Assembly (NCBI GenBank): GCA_045605765.1
Contig: JAZUQQ010000031.1
Span: 169 to 64,168, forward strand
Length of the DNA stretch: 64,000 nucleotides
DNA from: Eubacteriales bacterium
GTDB lineage: Bacteria > Bacillota > Clostridia > Oscillospirales > CAG-272
Direction: 5' to 3'
The position numbers and the translations under genes were made by a program. The notes below the pieces were generated by a model. The model did not search any database, was not told the DNA's origin, and worked only from the letters and a program-made list of their open reading frames with translations. Shown here one piece after another: positions 37,560 to 46,131 of the stretch; within the stretch, counting starts at the first letter, position 1, and each line of letters begins with the position of its first letter.

Positions 37560-38543
37560 TTATACCTTTGTCTTTTTACCGCTTGACGCCGATTTGTAAG
37601 CTGCGGTCATTATTTCGGTAAGTGAAATTGCCTCGTCAATTCCGAACTTTTCATTATGAGTGTTATTAATTATACTGTCGATCCAGTAGTCGAGAGGCTG
37701 AGGAGAGGAGTTTGTAAACTCGGTCACCTTGACCCTCTTGTTGTCGGTGTCTGGGCAAGAATAGGAGAGCGAGCCACCGCTGATACGAAGATAACCCTTC
37801 GTTCCCGAAAGCTCTATAGTATACGGATCTGCAATAGAAACGAACCCTGTCTCGGAAACGCCAATGGCACCGTTTTTATATTCTAGAAGGCAAACCGCGT
37901 TGTCCTCTACGGGTCGCTTGGTAACATTGGTGAATACAGATGAAACGTATTTAGGATCTCCGAGGAACCAATTTATTAGGTACATAGGATGCGCACCTAG
38001 ATCGATCATAGCGCCGCCGCCACACATTTCCTTGTCATAGAAATGTGCGGGAAGCCAGTCGCTTATGCTTCCGGAGTGGACGTTGCGCACCCTCATATAG
38101 GTTATGTTTCCGAGTTTTCCCGCATCGACAAGCTCTTTTGCAAATAGAACTGCTTTATCGGTCTTGTGAGGGAAGGATATGGTGAAATGTACCTTGTTCT
38201 TTTTGATGGCACGTTTTACCGCCTTTGCATCCTTGTTGGTGAGAGTAAGGACCTTTTCTGTGAAAATATGCTTTTTGGCATTTGCTGCCGCTATCATAAG
38301 CTCGGCGTGCATTGATGTGGGTGCGCAAATTGCAACTGCATCAATGTCTGGATTTGCAAGAATCTCATCGTAGCTTTCGTAGTATTTGCATTTGAGATCG
38401 CTTGCCCATTCGATTCCTCTCGCAGGCATTTCATCCCAGACCGCTACTATTTCGCAGTTGGGGTTTGCTGCAAGATAATTTGCGTATCCCATAGCGTGGA
38501 CGTGCCATCCGCTTATCATGGCAATTCTTACTTTCTTCGACAT
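37560..38543 (-). CDS. Gfo/Idh/MocA family oxidoreductase
   Basis: AICAPTSMH, HIFTEKVL, GGGAMIDLGAH. Confidence 0.92.
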   Translation of the reverse strand: MSKKVRIAMISGWHVHAMGYANYLAANPNCEIVAVWDEMPARGIEWASDLKCKYYESYDEILANPDIDAVAICAPTSMHAELMIAAANAKKHIFTEKVLTLTNKDAKAVKRAIKKNKVHFTISFPHKTDKAVLFAKELVDAGKLGNITYMRVRNVHSGSISDWLPAHFYDKEMCGGGAMIDLGAHPMYLINWFLGDPKYVSSVFTNVTKRPVEDNAVCLLEYKNGAIGVSETGFVSIADPYTIELSGTKGYLRISGGSLSYSCPDTDNKRVKVTEFTNSSPQPLDYWIDSIINNTHNEKFGIDEAISLTEIMTAAYKSASSGKKTKV

Positions 38544-38590
38544 AGAATTTCACCTTTCCTGTGTTTTATTTTCCTTGGGATTATATTCCT

Positions 38591-40378
38591 TTAAGATTTA
38601 TACTTAAGATTTATACTACGAACGCGGTCAATATCCATTTTAGGATTTCTGTCCATATCAAGCAGACCGTTTACTTCTTGGAAAACGTCTGTGAGCTGAG
38701 TATAGCAGTATCCGCAGAAATAATCGCAGTTTTTGAATCCCATAGTGATGTCCTCGAAGCGCTCGAAGAATTTTTCCTCATCTACGACCGCATTGCCGTA
38801 ACCCCAGTTGGTGCCTTCCTTGTCCTTCGCAAGAGCAATTCCGCCGTATTCGGTCATAAGCATCGGCTTACCTGAAAGATCGTATTCATCACATACGATA
38901 GTTCTTGCTTTGTTGGGGTTTCCGGTAAGAATTCCTTCTGTGGACTGATATTCGGGCGAGAGTTCACGGGTGAATGATGTGTAATCGTGTACGGTGACTA
39001 TATCTGTCTCCGATTGCTCCCAACCGTCGTTCGTGGAAACTATTCTCGTGTTATCAAGGGAATGAATAAGGAAGTAAAGAGCGTCGGTGAATTCCTGCAT
39101 CTCGCGATTAGTCTTGACATTGTAAATACCCCATGATTCATTCATAGGAACCCAAGTGATAATGCAGGGATGGTTGTAGTCACGCTTTATAGCCTCCTGC
39201 ATATCTCGGAAGCAGTTACGCTTCATCGTATCAGTGAATTGGTAAGCGCTAGGAAGCTCCTCCCAGATGATTATACCCATTTTGTCAGCCCAGTAAAGAT
39301 ATCTGGGATCCTCAAACTTCTGATGCTTTCTCGCTCCATTGTAGCCGAGCTTTACGGTGAGTTCAAGGTCAAGCTTCAAAGCGTCATCGCTGGGAGCGGT
39401 GAGAAGTCCGTCCTTCCAATAGCCCTGATCAAGGATAAGGCGCTGATAAAGCTCGTTGTTGTTAATGTAGATTTTTCCGCCTTCACACTGTATCTTTCTC
39501 ATACCAAAGTAAGTGGAAAGCTTATCGACAGCTTCACCGTTCTCGTACAGAGTAAGATCAAGGTCGTAAAGATTGGGTGCTCCGGGACCCCAGAGATAAA
39601 CTCCTTCGAGAGACCTGTTGTTGTGCGGGAAGTGAACTGTATTATCAACTCTGCGAGAGTTTACCGAAAGCTGAACAGAGGTTACGAATTTTCCTTTGTA
39701 CGAAACGTCCATTTTAAGAGATCCGTTTTCGGGTATCTCGCTGAGCATAGCCTCTACTCTGAAGCAGAAATTGTCAACGTCGGGGGTGATACGTACGTCC
39801 TCGATATATTTCATACCGACCGCTTCGAGCCATACACTCTGCCAGATTCCGCTTGACGGAGTATACCAGCAGAAAAAAGGCTCGGGACGGAAGCTTTGTT
39901 TTCCTCTAGGACTCTCGGTGTCCAGTCTGTCCTCACAGCAAACGGTGAGATCGTAGGTTGCGTTCCGATCGTTTACAAGGTGAGTGATATCAAAAGAGAA
40001 GGGAGTATATCCACCTTCGTGTTCACCGATAAACTGACCGTTTAAGTATACCTTGGCTATATAATCTACTGCCTGAAAATGAAGAATAACACGCTTACCA
40101 TCAAAGCTTTCGGGAATCGAAAACGTGCGGTGATACCAGATAAAGTCGCTGTGACGAAGGTCGTTTATACCCGACAGCTCACACTGATATACAAACGGAA
40201 CGGTTATCTCGGTATCAAGAGCCTGCCTTTTCATCCATTCTTCCGAAATACCAACGCCTTTTTCATCAAAAGCAAAGTCCCACTGGCCGTTGAGGCAAAG
40301 CCAATCTTCTCTTACTCGGTCGGGGCGGGGGTGTTCGCTGCGTGGGATCGTTTTTTCGTTGTTCATTTTTGTGTTCAT
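38591..40378 (-). CDS. Glycoside hydrolase family 2
   Basis: HPRPDR..WLCLNGQWDF, HEGGYTPF, SGIWQSVWLE, WVPMNESWG (acid/base) and MTEYGG (nucleophile); no signal peptide; start set at MNTKM. Confidence 0.9.
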   Translation of the reverse strand: MNTKMNNEKTIPRSEHPRPDRVREDWLCLNGQWDFAFDEKGVGISEEWMKRQALDTEITVPFVYQCELSGINDLRHSDFIWYHRTFSIPESFDGKRVILHFQAVDYIAKVYLNGQFIGEHEGGYTPFSFDITHLVNDRNATYDLTVCCEDRLDTESPRGKQSFRPEPFFCWYTPSSGIWQSVWLEAVGMKYIEDVRITPDVDNFCFRVEAMLSEIPENGSLKMDVSYKGKFVTSVQLSVNSRRVDNTVHFPHNNRSLEGVYLWGPGAPNLYDLDLTLYENGEAVDKLSTYFGMRKIQCEGGKIYINNNELYQRLILDQGYWKDGLLTAPSDDALKLDLELTVKLGYNGARKHQKFEDPRYLYWADKMGIIIWEELPSAYQFTDTMKRNCFRDMQEAIKRDYNHPCIITWVPMNESWGIYNVKTNREMQEFTDALYFLIHSLDNTRIVSTNDGWEQSETDIVTVHDYTSFTRELSPEYQSTEGILTGNPNKARTIVCDEYDLSGKPMLMTEYGGIALAKDKEGTNWGYGNAVVDEEKFFERFEDITMGFKNCDYFCGYCYTQLTDVFQEVNGLLDMDRNPKMDIDRVRSINLKYKS

Positions 40379-40413
40379 ATAGAACCACCTCCATGGTAAA
40401 TAATAACTATCTA

Positions 40414-40442
40414 ATTTTACCACAAAACTACTGTTATGTCAA
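40414..40442 (-). promoter_or_regulatory. sigma-A promoter for the GH2-oxidoreductase pair
   Basis: TTGACA-17-TAAAAT with extended TG. Confidence 0.75.
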
Positions 40443-40454
40443 TATATATAAGAT

Positions 40455-40485
40455 AAAAAAGCTTCCGACAAGATTCGGAAGCTTT
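40455..40485 (-). terminator. Terminator after the phosphoribosyltransferase gene
   Basis: AAAGCTTCCGA-loop-TCGGAAGCTTT with a U-run on the minus strand. Confidence 0.75.
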
Positions 40486-40498
40486 GAAGTGCGTAATT

Positions 40499-41056
40499 TT
40501 AAATAGCGTTTCCGTCTGCATCGAACAGGGGAAGCTTTTCAAGATATATTATGTCGTGACGGTCTGCCGCGTCACCTTCTGCGAGTATTGCCATCTTGCC
40601 TACGATCTTGGCACCTGTTTCGTTTACGAGAGCTTCAAGCGATCTGAGAGATTCACCTGTTGAGATAACGTCGTCAACGATAAGAACCTTCTTACCGCGC
40701 ATAAGCTCTGCATCTGCGCCGTCAATGTAGAGGTGCTGAGTTTTGGCTGTCGTTATTGAATTTACGGTTACGTCAAGTACGTCGCTCATATAAAGCTTTA
40801 CGGATTTTCTTGCTACCATATATTTGGCATCACCGTTCTGACGTGCCATTTCGTGCGCAAGCGGAATGCCTTTGGATTCGGCTGAGAGAATGTAGTCGTA
40901 TTCGGGAGCTTTTTTGAGAAGCTCGGTTGCTGCTTTTTCTGTAAGTTCGGGGTCACCGATTATGATGAACGCTCCTATGTAGAGATTTTCATTCAGTGGA
41001 CAGAGTTTAAGTTCTCTGTTAAGACCCGCGATGGTAATGGGATAAAATTCCTTCAT
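40499..41056 (-). CDS. Purine phosphoribosyltransferase (APRT-like)
   Basis: AESKGIPLA, VARKS, VLIVDDVISTGES PRPP motif. Confidence 0.9.
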   Translation of the reverse strand: MKEFYPITIAGLNRELKLCPLNENLYIGAFIIIGDPELTEKAATELLKKAPEYDYILSAESKGIPLAHEMARQNGDAKYMVARKSVKLYMSDVLDVTVNSITTAKTQHLYIDGADAELMRGKKVLIVDDVISTGESLRSLEALVNETGAKIVGKMAILAEGDAADRHDIIYLEKLPLFDADGNAI

Positions 41057-41087
41057 TTTACATTTCTCCTTATAAATAATTTATGAT

Positions 41088-41774
41088 TTAAAGACCATAT
41101 TTTAAAAGAAGCTCCTTATAGTTCGAAAAATCGTTTATTTCAAATGCGACATCAACAGTGTCATCGATTGGCGAGGGAAGCCCCTTTTCCCGAACTGCGA
41201 TAGTAGCGAGAGCACCGGCGGCGTTGGCGGCTTTGAAACCGCTTCCCGCATCTTCGAATATAATACATTCAGATGGATCAAGCCCTATTTTGTTAGCTGC
41301 GCTTATATATATTTCGGGATCCGGTTTTCCTTTTATTTTTCCATCTGAATATACTATGTTGTCAAAAGAAAACCATTTGCTTATTTTTAGAAAGTCGAGA
41401 TAGAAATTGACATTTTTAAGGTCTGAGCCCGTGGCAAGTGCGTACGGAATTTCTTTTTCTTTTAAATAGTCAAGCATATCGCCTGCTCCCGGTGCAATAC
41501 GTGCGGATTCGGGATAACGCTTGCAAGCATCAATATATTTGTTTTCTTTTGTTTCGGCAAATCTTAGTATTGCTTCTTCGCTCGCGTCCCGATCGAAAAG
41601 TTCTTTGTAAATGACACCGTTGGGCTTTCCAAATACGTTTTTTATAAGAAAGAGGTCGCTTGGGATTGGTTTTCCTGCTTCTGAAAGACACTCTCTGAAA
41701 GCAGCAACGTGAAGCCGAGAATCAAAAAATAAAGTTCCGTTGAAATCAAATATTATACCCTTAGCAATCTTCAT
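41088..41774 (-). CDS. HAD-superfamily phosphatase (beta-PGM/Cof-like IA)
   Basis: FDFNGTL (DxN variant), ATGS, KGKPDP, IFEDAGSG. Confidence 0.88.
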   Translation of the reverse strand: MKIAKGIIFDFNGTLFFDSRLHVAAFRECLSEAGKPIPSDLFLIKNVFGKPNGVIYKELFDRDASEEAILRFAETKENKYIDACKRYPESARIAPGAGDMLDYLKEKEIPYALATGSDLKNVNFYLDFLKISKWFSFDNIVYSDGKIKGKPDPEIYISAANKIGLDPSECIIFEDAGSGFKAANAAGALATIAVREKGLPSPIDDTVDVAFEINDFSNYKELLLKYGL

Positions 41775-41817
41775 ATGATGTTCCTACATAAAATATTGTA
41801 AAATTGTTTCCTATGAA

Positions 41818-41846
41818 ATTATAGCACCGTTTTTTGATATTGTCAA
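41818..41846 (-). promoter_or_regulatory. sigma-A promoter for the HAD-PRT pair
   Basis: TTGACA-17-TATAAT with extended TG. Confidence 0.8.
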
Positions 41847-41952
41847 CTGTTTGAAATAACATTTTACCTTGAAATATCTACGGTACGACGGCAATTTTGA
41901 GAAAATAAACAAAAAGAATGAAAAAATTTTTTTATTTTTGTTAAAAAGGGTA

Positions 41953-41984
41953 TTGACAAATGAAAACTGTTATGTTATTATAAT
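41953..41984 (+). promoter_or_regulatory. sigma-A promoter for tRNA-Gly/tRNA-Arg
   Basis: TTGACA followed by TATTAT (17-bp spacer) overlapping TATAAT. Confidence 0.7.
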
Positions 41985-41999
41985 GAGGCAGTTCGAAAT

Positions 42000-42070
42000 G
42001 CGGGTGTAGCTCAGTGGTAGAGCTCCAGCCTTCCAAGCTGGCTATGTGGGTTCGATTCCCATCACCCGCT
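42000..42070 (+). tRNA. tRNA-Gly(TCC)
   Basis: GCGGGTGTAGCTCAGTGGTAGAGC...CCTTCCAAG...GGTTCGATTCCCATCACCCGCT. Confidence 0.96.
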
Positions 42071-42152
42071 TATAAAGTCTGCATAAGACAAAATGAGAGC
42101 CGCACCGATCAGTGCGGCTTAAATTTTGAAAATGTTTTAAACTATTCGGTAT

Positions 42153-42226
42153 GTACCCTTAGCTCAGCCGGATAGAGCAACTGCCTTCTAAGCAGTAGGT
42201 CGAGGGTTCGAATCCCCCAGGGTACG
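42153..42226 (+). tRNA. tRNA-Arg(TCT)
   Basis: GTACCCTTAGCTCAGCCGGATAGAGCAACTGCCTTCTAAGCAGT...GGTTCGAATCC...GGGTACG; one T-stem mismatch. Confidence 0.93.
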
Positions 42227-42227
42227 T

Positions 42228-42257
42228 AAAAGCACTTGCGAAAGCAAGTGCTTTTTC
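42228..42257. terminator. Terminator after tRNA-Arg
   Basis: AAAAGCACTTGC-GAAA-GCAAGTGCTTTTT. Confidence 0.85.
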
Positions 42258-42272
42258 TTTTTATAATACTTA

Positions 42273-42749
42273 TCATGTATTCAATATCACGATGCCGAGA
42301 TTAAGATATCCCGCAAATGCAACCCAAAGCGCATAAGGAATCTGTAAGTACGCCGCAAGCGGACTGATTTTGTAAAAATCGAATATCACTTTAATTATTA
42401 TGATAAGCAGAAACACAAGACAAACAAAAGCTGCAAGAAAGGCGCGGAAACGGAAGAAAATAATACTCCATGCGAAGTTTAGCACTAGATTTAAGGCATA
42501 TACTGTTAATGCCTTGTCTGCTGCGATTGGTGCGATTTCTCGATTTGTGTAAACCAAAGCTGCGCCGACCCCCATAAGGACGTAAAGAATCGTCCATACG
42601 ATAGGGAAGAGTATAGAGGGTGGTGAAAGCGGCGGAACCTTTATTTCGCCGTATATCTGCATACTGTTCCGTGTGAGTAGAGCAGCCAGACCGCCTACCG
42701 CAAGAGCTACTACTACTGATATTAAATAGGGTTTGATTTTGGTCCACAT
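42273..42749 (-). CDS. TspO/MBR tryptophan-rich sensory protein
   Basis: PPLSPPSILFPIVWTILY, LNFAWSIIFF, LQIPYALWVAFAGYLN. Confidence 0.92.
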   Translation of the reverse strand: MWTKIKPYLISVVVALAVGGLAALLTRNSMQIYGEIKVPPLSPPSILFPIVWTILYVLMGVGAALVYTNREIAPIAADKALTVYALNLVLNFAWSIIFFRFRAFLAAFVCLVFLLIIIIKVIFDFYKISPLAAYLQIPYALWVAFAGYLNLGIVILNT

Positions 42750-42829
42750 AAGAAATACCACCTTATATCTTTTGATGGTATAATTTATGCGATAAGTGAG
42801 ATTATTATATCGTTTTTAAGGTTGTAATT

Positions 42830-43312
42830 TTATATTTTTATTGTTCCACAGGCTATTTTCTCGCCCGAATTTCCCGAAGGTTGACTTGTGAAATCGTCTG
42901 GAGAAGAATGAATTATTATCGCTTTTCCCACTATCTCGCCTATTGTAAAGCGATTTGTAAGGAATACAGAAAAGACGTATCCGTTTACACCGAAAAGAGG
43001 AGGCAGGTCTCCTGCGTGATATGGATGAGGACAACTTTGAGGGTTGTAGTGCGCTCCTACGTCTGAAAACGGGTCATCAGAGTTTCCGTCAGAGCAGGGG
43101 TGTTCGTGTAAATGAAAGCCAAATATCGGTCTTATGCACTGATCATTATCTTTGGGAAGTCCGCATATTTCGGCGGTAACGAGAACAGCGCATGCGGCAT
43201 GATAGAAGCGAACTTCGCCTCGTATGCAGGGATATTTCTGACTTCCTATGATGTATGCTCTCGCATCTGGACGTCTGCGAAGCAGTGAGGGAAAATCGCT
43301 ATAATTATTCAT
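42830..43312 (-). CDS. Cu/Zn superoxide dismutase family protein, no signal peptide
   Basis: GFHLH, GAHYNP, PHPYHAGDLP, IIIHSSPDD, SGEKIACG (Cu and Zn ligands present). Confidence 0.9.
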   Translation of the reverse strand: MNNYSDFPSLLRRRPDARAYIIGSQKYPCIRGEVRFYHAACAVLVTAEICGLPKDNDQCIRPIFGFHLHEHPCSDGNSDDPFSDVGAHYNPQSCPHPYHAGDLPPLFGVNGYVFSVFLTNRFTIGEIVGKAIIIHSSPDDFTSQPSGNSGEKIACGTIKI

Positions 43313-43444
43313 GTTTAGATTCCTTTCAGAATAAATTTGAAGGTTTACTATAATCATATATGCAAAAATGTAGTGATGTGTTAAAATGTGTTATGCGAAT
43401 AATGCTAGTAAAATGAAAAAATAAAAATAATTTCATTTTTCCTA

Positions 43445-43473
43445 TTGACAACCAGATTTTTTTGTGATATAAT
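43445..43473 (+). promoter_or_regulatory. Consensus sigma-A promoter for tRNA-His
   Basis: TTGACA-17-TATAAT with extended TG. Confidence 0.88.
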
Positions 43474-43502
43474 CGCACCGTTGACTAAACGGACGCAAAT
43501 AT

Positions 43503-43577
43503 GGAGGGCGTAGCTCACTTGGTTAGAGCGCCAGGTTGTGGCCCTGGAGGTAGTGGGTTCGATTCCCATCGCTCTCC
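43503..43577 (+). tRNA. tRNA-His(GTG) with encoded G-1
   Basis: G-GAGGGCG...CCAGGTTGTGGCCCTGG...GGTTCGATTCC...CGCTCTC-C. Confidence 0.93.
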
Positions 43578-43583
43578 CTTTCA

Positions 43584-43614
43584 AAACAGCACTTGCGAAA
43601 GCAAGTGTTGTTTT
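43584..43614 (+). terminator. Terminator after tRNA-His
   Basis: AAACAGCACTTGC-GAAA-GCAAGTGTTGTTT. Confidence 0.8.
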
Positions 43615-43802
43615 GTTTTTATCATGACATTTATATCTAAATTGTTAACTTTGTTAAAAAGTGTAACAAAAAAGTTAATTTGATGATTTTCCTATTGTAA
43701 TTGCAAAAAATATATTGTATAATATGTTATTAAATTTGGTTTTTGTGCGCATTTGGATTTTAAACAGAAAATCATACATAACGCGAAAGGTACGATACGA
43801 TT

Positions 43803-44291
43803 ATGGAAAGAATAAGCAAACCTAATTATTATCTTGATATTGCCCAGACAGTGGCGACAAGATCGACCTGTCTGCGCAAAAAATTCGGCGCGGTTATCGT
43901 TAAAGATGATACGATAGTGTCTACCGGCTACAACGGGGCACCACGAGGTAGGAAGAACTGCAACGAAATAGGAAGCTGTATGCGTGATGATCTGGGCATT
44001 CCAAGAGGTGAGAGATACGAGCTTTGCCGATCTGTACACGCAGAGCAGAACGCAATAATTGCTGCATCGAGAGAGCGTATGATCGGTGCGACACTTTATC
44101 TTGCTTGCCTTGACGGTAAAACTGGTGAGCTTGTAGGTGATGTTATGTGCTGTATGATGTGTAAGCGTACAGTTATAAACGCAGGTATCGAGACCGTAGT
44201 AATAAGGACGAGTGAAAGCGATTTTAAAACGGTAAGAGTCTATGACTGGATAATAAACGATGATAGTCTTTCGGGTGTCTTCGGATACTGA
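43803..44291 (+). CDS. dCMP deaminase family (cytidine deaminase-like)
   Basis: RSTCLRKKFGAVIV, STGYNGAP, VHAEQNAI, CMMC. Confidence 0.9.
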   Translation: MERISKPNYYLDIAQTVATRSTCLRKKFGAVIVKDDTIVSTGYNGAPRGRKNCNEIGSCMRDDLGIPRGERYELCRSVHAEQNAIIAASRERMIGATLYLACLDGKTGELVGDVMCCMMCKRTVINAGIETVVIRTSESDFKTVRVYDWIINDDSLSGVFGY

Positions 44292-44322
44292 TATTACGTA
44301 ATGCGGATTATAGAGTAAAAAA

Positions 44323-45051
44323 ATGAGTAAAAAAACAAAAAAGCAAACAGTTAAGGCAGTACCGCAAAAGGAAAAATTCAATATTATACCTTGGCTTATC
44401 GTGCTTGGCGCGATACTGCTTATTCTAGGTATAGTTTTTCTCGTCGATTTATTTGAGGATTTTCACTATGTTCGAAAATTCATATTTGACTATTCTACGG
44501 GTGAACTTATCGATAAGAAGAATGATATAACCTATATCGAAGCCCCCGTTTGCTACGAACCTGTTAGAATATCAAAGAAGCCTTACGCAAAAGACGGCGA
44601 TAGAGAATATTATCAACTTGGATATCTCGATAAGGACGGAAACGAACAGCTTGTCGATACCTCTAAAATGCTTGCGACCTCTAAGGAACAGGGCTCATAT
44701 ATTTACTATAACGCTAAGGCGCAGTCGCTTCCGTCGCTTGAAGAATTCGCCGCAAACTCTGTTTTTATATGTGACGTCAATTATAACACAAGAGACGAGC
44801 TCAGTGAAAGTGAAGCCAATATACTCGTTAATGCAATAATCAACGGAGAAAAAACACACGTTGAGGGAGCGGATGCCATATTCGTTCTGAGATTTCGTTC
44901 ATCCGAGTATCCTTGGATGTCTTACTGCCTTGATCTCTACTACAAAAACAAGGAATTTTATATCTACGATATGTCTCAAAAGAAAGCCATAATTCTTCCG
45001 TCAAATGTGCAAAAGCTTTTTGACGAAGATCTGCTTTCGATGTTTAAATAA
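44323..45051 (+). CDS. Hypothetical membrane-anchored protein
   Basis: Basic N-terminus plus one TM helix; codon style like the host; operon position. Confidence 0.7.
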   Translation: MSKKTKKQTVKAVPQKEKFNIIPWLIVLGAILLILGIVFLVDLFEDFHYVRKFIFDYSTGELIDKKNDITYIEAPVCYEPVRISKKPYAKDGDREYYQLGYLDKDGNEQLVDTSKMLATSKEQGSYIYYNAKAQSLPSLEEFAANSVFICDVNYNTRDELSESEANILVNAIINGEKTHVEGADAIFVLRFRSSEYPWMSYCLDLYYKNKEFYIYDMSQKKAIILPSNVQKLFDEDLLSMFK

Positions 45052-45072
45052 TATACCCTCGGAGATGAATAA

Positions 45073-45528
45073 ATGAATCCGATGATAGTGCCGTTTGACG
45101 AAACGTACCTTGACGGTATAATCAACATAGAAAATGCATCTTTTACCGATCCTTGGTCACGGGATGCGTTTGTTAGTAGCAGTAAAATGCCGTTTTACGA
45201 ATTTTATCTTGCGCTTGATCCACAGGGTGAGCTTTGCGGATATATTATTATTACTAGCATCTCTCCTGAATGTGAGATACTAGATATAGCAGTATCTCCA
45301 AAGTATAGACGACAGGGAATTGCCGATAAGCTTATTTCATTTGTATGTGATAAATCATATGAAAAAGAGTGTGATACACTGATGCTTGAAGTCAGAGAGT
45401 CTAACGCGCCCGCAAGAGCACTTTACGAAAAAAACGGATTCAATGTGGTAGGACGTCGTAGATCTTACTACAAAAATCCAACCGAAGATGCGATACTTAT
45501 GGACAAACGGATAGCTCAAAACAAGTAG
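45073..45528 (+). CDS. rimI: Ribosomal-protein-alanine N-acetyltransferase
   Basis: SFTDPWS, ILDIAVSPKYRRQGIA, LEVRESNAPARALYEKNGF...RRRSYY..EDAILM. Confidence 0.9.
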   Translation: MNPMIVPFDETYLDGIINIENASFTDPWSRDAFVSSSKMPFYEFYLALDPQGELCGYIIITSISPECEILDIAVSPKYRRQGIADKLISFVCDKSYEKECDTLMLEVRESNAPARALYEKNGFNVVGRRRSYYKNPTEDAILMDKRIAQNK

Positions 45529-45543
45529 GGAGTAGTTATAAAT

Positions 45544-46098
45544 ATGAAAAGAATTTTATATGATGTTCTTCAAAAGCTCGGAATATTTTTTCTTCTGAAC
45601 TTTGCCGTAATACTCGTATATTTTCTGGTTTGGCTTGTTTTTAAAATACCTGTCATAAACGAAATTAATGACAGATTCGTTGATAAAAACACGCTTAATA
45701 CGGTGCTTTATCTCCTTTACGCAGTATCATATTATATTTTTGCGGCGCTTATCGTATGCAAAAATTCTTCTGCAAGAACCGCATATCTGAACGCTACCGC
45801 AGACAACGGATATTCTTTTAAAAGAGATGTCGGAGAGTATATGCGTGGATCGTGTATAAGCGATATGATAGCCTCGGTCCTTCTTTCGGCTATTTCATTT
45901 GCATTTATCGGTATTTTTGATACAAGTAAATTCTTACGCCTTCTTTTGCTACCGCAATACAGCCTTTCATATTTTATAGGAATCTTTGGTGGAGCAGTAT
46001 TCTATGCGATTTTTACAGCATTTTTTGTGTTTGCAATCACTGTTTCTGCACAGTTTATCTGGAATAAAAAACGACTTGGCGGAAAAACACAGGACTGA
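45544..46098 (+). CDS. Hypothetical integral membrane protein (~4 TM)
   Basis: Hydrophobic segments; lies between rimI and tsaD; GGGAG RBS. Confidence 0.7.
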   Translation: MKRILYDVLQKLGIFFLLNFAVILVYFLVWLVFKIPVINEINDRFVDKNTLNTVLYLLYAVSYYIFAALIVCKNSSARTAYLNATADNGYSFKRDVGEYMRGSCISDMIASVLLSAISFAFIGIFDTSKFLRLLLLPQYSLSYFIGIFGGAVFYAIFTAFFVFAITVSAQFIWNKKRLGGKTQD

Positions 46099-46131
46099 CG
46101 ATTTCTAATTACCGAAAAGGAATTTTCTAAA

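Noticed and set aside
43641-43680. TTGTTAA...TAACAA palindrome as a Rex operator
   Set aside because: Spacing gives 19 bp rather than the 18-bp Rex box, the sequence is very AT-rich, and the downstream gene is not a typical Rex target.
43705-43720. NrdR-box-like sequence upstream of the dCMP deaminase gene
   Set aside because: Three mismatches to the recalled consensus, no tandem partner box, and it overlaps an AT-rich promoter spacer.
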